From an uncultured archaeon (GTDB taxonomy: Archaea > Aenigmatarchaeota > Aenigmatarchaeia > CG10238-14 > SCSR01), in assembly GCA_964366355.1 (NCBI GenBank), contig CAYITO010000004.1:1-33004 (forward strand): a DNA stretch of 33,004 nucleotides, given 5' to 3'. Position 1 is the first letter of the stretch. Each line of letters opens with the position of its first letter. Positions 15,717-23,013 of this stretch are shown piece after piece. The notes beneath the pieces are model-generated. The model did no database searches. It was not told the DNA's origin and worked only from the letters and a program-made list of their open reading frames with translations. The position numbers and the translations under genes are program-made.

Positions 15717-17951
15717 ATGACTATTGATTACAAGGTTTCAGACGGGGTTTTGAGGATTAATTGCCTGAACTGGGCGATAGCCCCGAGCATAGAAGATTCT
15801 GATGCATGCATGGGAATTGTTGTAGACAAGCTGCTGGAAGCCAAAGACGCCGATAGAATAATTCTTGCAGAGACGAGGGAATACGAATACAACACCGAAC
15901 AAACAAGGATGCTGCGGGAGATAGCGGAACTTTATGACAAATTATTGAACGAGGAAAGAATTCTCAGCATAACAAAGTTGGGGCCGAGAGGCTGTGAAAA
16001 ATATTATCCGCAAAGGCTGGCGGATTTGCAATTCCTGCTTATTGAAGTCCTTAAGAAAGACCCGATTGGCGCGTACGTGAAAGTGAATACGCTGATTACG
16101 CATATGCAAAAGCAGCTGGCCTTGGAAGGCAGCACCTGCCACCAGCATTACCTCTCAAACGCCTTGGAACCGATTAAGAACATGATGGAAAAAACTACTC
16201 TTATCCAGAAAGTCAAGCCGCATATCAACAAATTCAGGTTCGGCGACCGCAAGCTTTACAGGGAAATTTTCACGCCGATAGTAAGACCCAACTTCATGCT
16301 GACACGTTTCATGCTTGACTATCCGCAAGGCGCCGTGCCTGTAGAGAAATATACGATTTCAGGAAACGCACTTGTTGAGATTCTAAAAGTGCCGAATGAT
16401 GTGCGATACGTGTATCATGTAATACCAAAAGAATTCCAGCTGTCAGAAGACAAATTCACAATTTTGGATGCGGCTAGGCGCTATCTTGCAGCCCACAGGC
16501 CATCGGAGGCGGAGGTGAAAGAGCCTGAAAGGGTCAGGGAGATTTTCTTCAACATCGGAGGCGATTTGATAAAGGACGTGGCGAGAAACGCCGGAATCAC
16601 GCTATCCCCTCTGGAAGTGCAGGAGCTTGCAAAGATTTTGGCTAGGTATACGGCAGGATTTGGTGTCTTGGAGCTTCTGCTTGCGGATGATAAAATACAG
16701 GACATTTTTGTAAATGCGCCGATAGGCTCAACTCCGTTGGAAATTTACCATTCTGATTTCGAGGAATGCAGGACAAACCTGATCCCGACAAAAGAGGATG
16801 CAGACGCATGGGCGACGAGATTCAGGCTTTATTCAGGAAGGCCTCTGGACGAAGCCAACCCAGTGCTGGACACAGAGCTTAATGTGCCTGGAGGAAGGGC
16901 GAGGGTTGCTGCAATGACAAGGTCTTTGTCGCCCGAAGGTTTGGCATTTGCATTCAGGCGCCACAGGGAAAAACCTTGGACATTCCCGCTGTTCATGAAC
17001 GTGAAATATTTTGATTCTTTGTACGCAGGATTGATGAGTTTTGTCATCGACGGTGGCAGGGCATTGCTTGTGGCTGGAGGGAGGGGAAGCGGCAAGACAT
17101 CACTTTTGAATGCGATGATGCTCGAGATAATGAGAAAATTCAGGATATGCGTTTTAGAGGACACGCCGGAATTGAACATTTCTTTGATGCGGCAATTGGG
17201 CTATAACATCCTGGGCATGAAGGCACGCTCGGTCATAACCCACATAGAAACAGAGCTGGCAGCTGACGAGGCACTGAGGACTGCATTGAGGCTCGGGGAC
17301 TCTTCCCTAATTATTGGCGAAGTCAGAAGCAAGGAGTCAGTCGCGCTTTTCGAGGCGATGAGAATCGGAGCATTGGCAAATGTCGTTGCAGGCACTATAC
17401 ACGGCGAATCAGCCTACGGAGTTTACGACAGGGTTGTCCACGACCTTGGCGTAGTTCCGACCAGCTTCAAGGCTTTGGATTTGATCACAATCTGCAACCA
17501 GCTTCGCTCACCGGACGGTTTGCACAGGTTTAGGCGCATCACCGAACTCACAGAAGTTAGAAAGCATTGGAAGGAAGACCCGCTTGACGAGGGGGGATTT
17601 GTCCCATTGATGCAATATTCTGCCAAAGAAGACCGGTTAAAGCCTACAGATACTTTGATAGATGGTGAGTCAGAGGTATTGAATGGGATAGCCAAGCGAG
17701 TCAGGGAGTGGCATGGCGCTTGGGACTTGGTCTGGGACAACATACTTTTGAGATCCAAAATAAAGGAGGAAATGGTGGAAGCCGCAAAGAAGCTGAACAG
17801 GTTTGATGTCTTGGAGGCGGAATGGATTACTGCCGGCAACGAAGCCTTCCATTTGATATCCGAAAGCGTGATGCAGGAGGTTGGGAGTCTGGATTCAAAA
17901 ATGATTTTTGAAAAGTGGGAGAGGTGGTTCAAGGAGAGGCTGAAAAAATGA
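15717..17951 (+). CDS. Type IV pilus/T2SS-family assembly ATPase (TadA/VirB11/ArlI-like) with long N-terminal domain
   Basis: Walker A GGRGSGKT, Asp box LEDTPEL, ALRLG, Walker B IIGEVR and GTIHG. The start is ATG 15717 rather than 15405. Confidence 0.95.
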   Translation: MTIDYKVSDGVLRINCLNWAIAPSIEDSDACMGIVVDKLLEAKDADRIILAETREYEYNTEQTRMLREIAELYDKLLNEERILSITKLGPRGCEKYYPQRLADLQFLLIEVLKKDPIGAYVKVNTLITHMQKQLALEGSTCHQHYLSNALEPIKNMMEKTTLIQKVKPHINKFRFGDRKLYREIFTPIVRPNFMLTRFMLDYPQGAVPVEKYTISGNALVEILKVPNDVRYVYHVIPKEFQLSEDKFTILDAARRYLAAHRPSEAEVKEPERVREIFFNIGGDLIKDVARNAGITLSPLEVQELAKILARYTAGFGVLELLLADDKIQDIFVNAPIGSTPLEIYHSDFEECRTNLIPTKEDADAWATRFRLYSGRPLDEANPVLDTELNVPGGRARVAAMTRSLSPEGLAFAFRRHREKPWTFPLFMNVKYFDSLYAGLMSFVIDGGRALLVAGGRGSGKTSLLNAMMLEIMRKFRICVLEDTPELNISLMRQLGYNILGMKARSVITHIETELAADEALRTALRLGDSSLIIGEVRSKESVALFEAMRIGALANVVAGTIHGESAYGVYDRVVHDLGVVPTSFKALDLITICNQLRSPDGLHRFRRITELTEVRKHWKEDPLDEGGFVPLMQYSAKEDRLKPTDTLIDGESEVLNGIAKRVREWHGAWDLVWDNILLRSKIKEEMVEAAKKLNRFDVLEAEWITAGNEAFHLISESVMQEVGSLDSKMIFEKWERWFKERLKK

Positions 17952-18013
17952 AGAATATAATTGCAAATCGATTTCTTAATTTATGGCAAACGACAATTTA
18001 ATTTAGATAGCTG

Positions 18014-20218
18014 ATGTCCCTAACAAAAGAATACGAAGATTTTATAAGGGAAGAAATATACCTGAAGAAGCTAACATTTTATGAAAGCCTTTGCCGCATG
18101 GCCGAAAAATTATTGCCGATACCGCCGCCAAATTTCATAGTTAAAAATTACAGGGAGGCAATACAATTCAGCCACTTGAAGATCACTCCAAAACAGGCAT
18201 TCTCTTTGACGGTTTTAGCAACACTCCTAATCGCAATCATACCGTTTTCTGTAGTGGCTTTTCTGAGTCTACCCAACGCAGTTTTTAGGTTAGATACGCT
18301 GGAGACGGAAAGAATTTCCGAAAATACACTTCTGATCAATGCAATGAACACAGGAAATTTTGATGTTTCCGGGTTCAGAGTTTTTGTAGATAATAAAACT
18401 GTGGAAATTACCAATGAGCCAACAGAACCTTTGCATTATAACGAAACAACCGTTATTGAAGCTGAGTGGGAAGGCGATTTTACAGATATCATGGTAGAAG
18501 CAAACAGAGAGGACATACCAGCTATTTTACAGGATACGTTTATAGTATCGATAATTTTGGGTTTCTTAACATTGCTCTACTTATCCAACTACCCTTTACA
18601 TTACTCCATTTTGTACAAAATCAGAGCTACTTCAGAGATGGTACGTTCTGTATTGTACATGACAATTTCCATGAGAATATCTCCAAACATAGAGAATGCC
18701 GTAAAATTCACCGCCAACAACTTGAAAGGGCCTTTGGCTTTGGATTTCAAGCAGATTCTTTGGGACGTATACACAAGAAAACACAATTCTGTATCAGACG
18801 CATTGGACGATTTCATAAATAAATGGAAAAAAGATAATGAGGAATTTACACAGGCCATATATTTAATCAAGTCATCCTCTTTCGAATCCCAGAAGAAATT
18901 AGATGAAAGCTTGGATGAAGCAGTAGAGATTATCCTGAGTGGCACGAAGGAAAGGATGGAGCATTTTGCCCAAGATTTGAGAACACCAGTTACACTTTTT
19001 AATGCACTCGGCATACTACTCCCAATTTTGGGACTTATATTCCTGCCAGTAATAGGAATTTTCTTGCAAGAGGTGGTAAAACCATTCTGGATAATTATAG
19101 GATACGACATCCTCATACCCTTTTCAGTTTACTTGTTGATGAACAATTATTTAGAAAAGAGACCTTATACATTCCATCATCCGGATATATCTAGGCATCC
19201 AAAATTCTCTGGAGATAAACCCTATGGCAAACCATTTATAATTTCAGCCATCGTCGCGATTTCACTGATAGCTGCTGGCTTATTTTTAATGGCGCAATCC
19301 ACCGAGCTATTTAGTTTTGAATTGCTGATTTACTCACTGCTTATCACTTGGGGCATCTCTGCCGGCATAATTATTTATACAATTACGACTACCGGCAAAA
19401 AACTGAAGCTGAGAGATGAAGTTGTGCAAATGGAGAATGAGTTTGCAGAGGGGCTGTTCCAACTTGGAAATCAATTGACTAGAGGCATCCCACTGGAAAC
19501 GGCTTTGAAAAATATCACACCAAAAATGAAAGAGTTGAAAATCTCGAAATTTTTCGAGACAATATTGTATAATATCGAAACCTTCGGCATGACTTTAGAA
19601 CAAGCCGTTTTTGATGAAAGGAGTGGTGCAATCGTATACTATCCATCACAAACGATTGAAGCTACTATGAGAGCAATAGTTGAAATTTCTAAGAAAGGCA
19701 TGGGTGCAGTTTCAAATGCGATGATTACAATTTCTAAATACCTGAAAGATGCCCACAAAGTTCAAGAAGATTTGAGAGAAACTATGGGGGAAACCACTTC
19801 TACCATGGAAATACAAGCGTTACTTTTAGCACCATTAGCATCAGGCATAGTGGTTGCATTGGCTGCAATGATAATGCAGATGCTGATTAGCCTTAGACAG
19901 TCTCTATTGTCCGTACAGGAATCTTTATTTGGCGGAGGGCTTGCCGGTGCAGCTGGCGGAGGATTTTTATCGTCTATAATAAACTTGGACCAAATCATCC
20001 CCGCACACTATTTTCAATTGATTGTTGGCATTTACATGATTGAAATCGTTGGCATGCTGGCTATTTTCTTGAGTACGATCAACAACGGCGAAGAGAGTTT
20101 GTTGAAAAAATTCAACCTCGGCAAGACACTGGCTTTAGCCACGATAATCTACAGTTTGACTTTAATTGTGGTTTATGCCATGTTTGCAAGCATAATACCG
20201 GCTGTAGGAGTGGTTTGA
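18014..20218 (+). CDS. TadB/TadC (GspF/ArlJ-like) membrane platform with two halves in one polypeptide
   Basis: Two cytoplasmic GspF-like domains (S.NIENA..F...GPLA.DF; E.EF...LFQLGN.L..G.PLE.A), each followed by TM helices; directly follows the ATPase. Confidence 0.88.
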   Translation: MSLTKEYEDFIREEIYLKKLTFYESLCRMAEKLLPIPPPNFIVKNYREAIQFSHLKITPKQAFSLTVLATLLIAIIPFSVVAFLSLPNAVFRLDTLETERISENTLLINAMNTGNFDVSGFRVFVDNKTVEITNEPTEPLHYNETTVIEAEWEGDFTDIMVEANREDIPAILQDTFIVSIILGFLTLLYLSNYPLHYSILYKIRATSEMVRSVLYMTISMRISPNIENAVKFTANNLKGPLALDFKQILWDVYTRKHNSVSDALDDFINKWKKDNEEFTQAIYLIKSSSFESQKKLDESLDEAVEIILSGTKERMEHFAQDLRTPVTLFNALGILLPILGLIFLPVIGIFLQEVVKPFWIIIGYDILIPFSVYLLMNNYLEKRPYTFHHPDISRHPKFSGDKPYGKPFIISAIVAISLIAAGLFLMAQSTELFSFELLIYSLLITWGISAGIIIYTITTTGKKLKLRDEVVQMENEFAEGLFQLGNQLTRGIPLETALKNITPKMKELKISKFFETILYNIETFGMTLEQAVFDERSGAIVYYPSQTIEATMRAIVEISKKGMGAVSNAMITISKYLKDAHKVQEDLRETMGETTSTMEIQALLLAPLASGIVVALAAMIMQMLISLRQSLLSVQESLFGGGLAGAAGGGFLSSIINLDQIIPAHYFQLIVGIYMIEIVGMLAIFLSTINNGEESLLKKFNLGKTLALATIIYSLTLIVVYAMFASIIPAVGVV

Positions 20219-21336
20219 TGCATAGGAAGGGAGTGAGCTCTGCAGTTTTGGGGGTTGTCGTCTCATTGATTGTCGGGACGCTTATACTTGCTTCAGCCCC
20301 TAGTAGTCTGGAAAATCTTTTAAAAGATTACTTAAAAACGAAGGTTGAGGCAGCACCGCCTCCGCGAGACAGACCGTCTCCTTCAACAGGCACAACTGTA
20401 GCTTTGGGATGCGGCAATTTTCCGCCTAAATTATCCAGTGCACAGGCAGATATACAATATGGAAAATACAGAGACTATATCGATCAAACTATTGGAGAAT
20501 TGCCAGGGACAGCTCCTTTGAAGGCTGTGCTAAACCCCCATGCATTTGTTGCCGCAATAGCTACTGAAGAAACAAGTTTCGAACATTATAATCCTGATGG
20601 CAGTGTGAAAAGAGGCAGTTCTGGCGAATATGGGATAATGCAGATAATGCCTATAGAAATAGAGGCGGCCGGCAAAGTATGCAAAGACAACGATATTGTA
20701 GATTCCAATAAAGATCTTGAAGATGTATTGAAAAATGTCAGATGCGGCGTTCATTACTTAAATCAAAAACTGCAAGATTGTGGAAATATTCTAGAAGACG
20801 CTGCAACCGCATATAATTCAGGCAGATGTGATTCCTCTGACAAGTCTTATGGAAAACGCGTGATTGGACATTATGAAGAATGGAAGAAATGCATTAAGCA
20901 GAAATATCTATGGCCTGTTTTATTCACAAATAGTGTCAGTGGCTATTGTTTTGGAGATCGTGCGCCAGAATCAAGGGACGGAATACATAAAGGAATAGAT
21001 GCAGCAGGTAGATTAGACGATAAGGTAATGGCAATAGCAAATGGTATAGTTGTAACAGTTGTTACAGGCTGTTCTGAAGGAGACAGACGTTGTGGCGGAG
21101 GTTTAGGTAATTATATCAAGATAAAACATGATGACGGACTTTATTCGGTGTATTCTCATCTATCTAAAGTATCTGTACAAAAAGACAAAAAAGTTGAGCA
21201 GGGATCGGAAATAGGGACTGTGGGTAACACAGGATATTCGCTTGGGGCACATTTGCATTTCGAAATACATGATAAAATGGACACATCTGTAAACCCATGT
21301 AATTTTCTAGATTGCAGTGCCACTAAATGTAGATGA
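20218..21336 (+). CDS. Pilin-like (class III signal) protein fused to lytic transglycosylase (SLT/GH23) and M23 peptidase domains
   Basis: MHRKG|VSSAVLGVVVSLIVG; SLT motifs AIATEETSF, GIMQI and AYNSG; M23 motifs HKGID, GNY..I.H, YSHLS, G.VGNTG.S.G.HLHFE. TGATG coupling to the platform gene. Confidence 0.9.
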   Translation: MHRKGVSSAVLGVVVSLIVGTLILASAPSSLENLLKDYLKTKVEAAPPPRDRPSPSTGTTVALGCGNFPPKLSSAQADIQYGKYRDYIDQTIGELPGTAPLKAVLNPHAFVAAIATEETSFEHYNPDGSVKRGSSGEYGIMQIMPIEIEAAGKVCKDNDIVDSNKDLEDVLKNVRCGVHYLNQKLQDCGNILEDAATAYNSGRCDSSDKSYGKRVIGHYEEWKKCIKQKYLWPVLFTNSVSGYCFGDRAPESRDGIHKGIDAAGRLDDKVMAIANGIVVTVVTGCSEGDRRCGGGLGNYIKIKHDDGLYSVYSHLSKVSVQKDKKVEQGSEIGTVGNTGYSLGAHLHFEIHDKMDTSVNPCNFLDCSATKCR

Positions 21337-21387
21337 TGATTGAAATAACTAAAAACAATATTACACTACAATTCCAAGATATTAATT

Positions 21388-21603
21388 ATGAACAAAGGGA
21401 TGACTGGAGAAGCCATAAGGACAGTTGTAATTCTGGTTATAGCTGTTATTGCGTTGGTGTTGCTCTGGATGTTCTTCTCCGGACAGCTAAAACTTACAGC
21501 CTTTTCATTTGAAGAGATAACTAAAGGATTTGCTAAAACATTCAACCTTTGTAAGAACTTTAAGTTCTTATTCCTTGAAAAGATTTGTGGCACACTAACA
21601 TGA
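21388..21603 (+). CDS. Small pilin-like protein
   Basis: MNKG|MTGEAIRTVVILVIAVIALVLLW; short two-Cys tail. Confidence 0.8.
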   Translation: MNKGMTGEAIRTVVILVIAVIALVLLWMFFSGQLKLTAFSFEEITKGFAKTFNLCKNFKFLFLEKICGTLT

Positions 21604-21641
21604 AATTTATGACACCAAAAGATAAATTAGAAGTTAATAAT

Positions 21642-22340
21642 ATGGAAAAAGGCGCCGTTACTACAATAGTTTTTCTCGTTCTGGGGGTTGTGGTTTTGCT
21701 TGGAGTAGCAGGGATATTTTTTAAAGGTACATCTACCGCAGACCCGTTTTCTGTCCTATCATGTTTCATCGCTGGCGGGAAGGATTGCGAACTGGGAAAA
21801 GAAGGAGCAAAAGGAGATGAAAGTAAAAAAATTACTGAGGATTTACAAAAGGCAATCAAATGTGCATACACAAGATGTTATGGAGAAAGTGGTGTACAAA
21901 AGGGATGTACTCTTCTTAAGACAAATGATATAACATGGGGGGATAAGGGTAAAATATCATGTTTTAGAGAATTTTGTAAAGGAAAAGAAGGTCCATTATG
22001 CGGAGAAGATAGTGAAAAGTATCCAGTAACATTTCAGTCAAATATAAGAGAACTAGATGTTATAAAACTTCATCCTAAAATTCCTCCAAACATGTACTTT
22101 AATAGCAAATGTGATTTCGCAGCTATTGTACTAGGTGAAGATGAGGTATCGATAGAGGAGAGACTATTGATTAATGGGAATGGACCGAAAGATTGTGATC
22201 AAAAATCTGGGGGGGAAGGGGAAAGAGGAAGACAGAAAGAATGCCGATTAAAATCCGATGTTCCTATAAATATTTACCATAAGGCCACTGGAGCAATTAA
22301 TCACATAATCTTGTGTTCAACAACCTTTCAATATAAATAA
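21642..22340 (+). CDS. Pilin-like protein with Cys-rich domain; N-terminal part of a frameshifted gene
   Basis: MEKG|AVTTIVFLVLGVVVLLG from ATG 21642; the L.KAI.CA..RC domain is shared with 23014-25368. Confidence 0.82.
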   Translation: MEKGAVTTIVFLVLGVVVLLGVAGIFFKGTSTADPFSVLSCFIAGGKDCELGKEGAKGDESKKITEDLQKAIKCAYTRCYGESGVQKGCTLLKTNDITWGDKGKISCFREFCKGKEGPLCGEDSEKYPVTFQSNIRELDVIKLHPKIPPNMYFNSKCDFAAIVLGEDEVSIEERLLINGNGPKDCDQKSGGEGERGRQKECRLKSDVPINIYHKATGAINHIILCSTTFQYK

Positions 22341-22968
22341 ACCAGGAGAGCAGCCAAAAGGTCCTGTAACATTCTTTGAAAAAGAGAATCAAGATTATCA
22401 AAAAAGTTCATCTATAGACATAGCCAGCGACACACCCAGCCTAGAGAATGTTGGTAAAGAACTTTTCGACGGCGTATCTTCAATAAGACTTTCAACCTCT
22501 GAATATGTTGTGGCATTATACGATAAAGTAGATTATAAAGGCAATTGCAGGACATTCTTCTCTAGTGTAGATAAACTCAGCGATTACGAATTTAACGACA
22601 AAACAAAGTCTGCTAAAGTCTGGAAAATTGGTTTCAAAGGTGTTATTTTACATGATAAACCATTCAATCCAGATTGGAATGTTTGGCACAAGGGCAATAA
22701 CGAATTTTATCTAGCTGACGAGCAAGTACATAAGCTAGAAGAGTCTGGTTGCGTTTCTAAAGATAACGGTGTAGAGTCGGTTGAAATGGGAACCAATGTA
22801 GATGTAGTTTTATACGAGGGAGATAATGTTTTGTATGTTACTGAATCAAGCGGTAATCTACCATCAGATAAAATAAATAAAGCAACCCATGTAAAAGTTT
22901 GTCCCAAAACTTCTAGCGCTTGCCTTAAGCAATCAGAAAAGAATTTGAAACAAAGTCAAACACCCTAA
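22309..22968 (+). pseudogene. Beta/gamma-crystallin domain reading frame, +1 continuation of 21642-22340
   Basis: Frame is open from 22309 with no start codon until GTG 22510 but reads VTFFEKEN..DTPSL..FDGVSSIRL..VVALYDKVDYKG.C.TF..L..FNDKTKSAKV, followed by a second degenerate copy (DNGVESVE..VVLYEG). Confidence 0.72.
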
Positions 22969-23013
22969 AGTCATCGCAGTAACCTTTCTTAATAACCAAC
23001 CGAAATATTATTT

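Noticed and set aside
15717-20218. Archaellum (arlI/arlJ) operon
   Set aside because: No recognisable archaellin, ArlH (KaiC-like) or ArlF/G genes; the flanking genes are diverse pilin-like proteins.
20218-21336. Bacterial contamination explaining the SLT/M23 gene
   Set aside because: The gene overlaps the archaeal platform gene, has the same KG| leader as its neighbours and lies between archaeal marker genes. Considered unlikely, although only read mapping can exclude it.
22510-22968. Independent 152-aa gene starting at GTG 22510
   Set aside because: This start falls in the middle of a crystallin domain, and the product would have no export signal.
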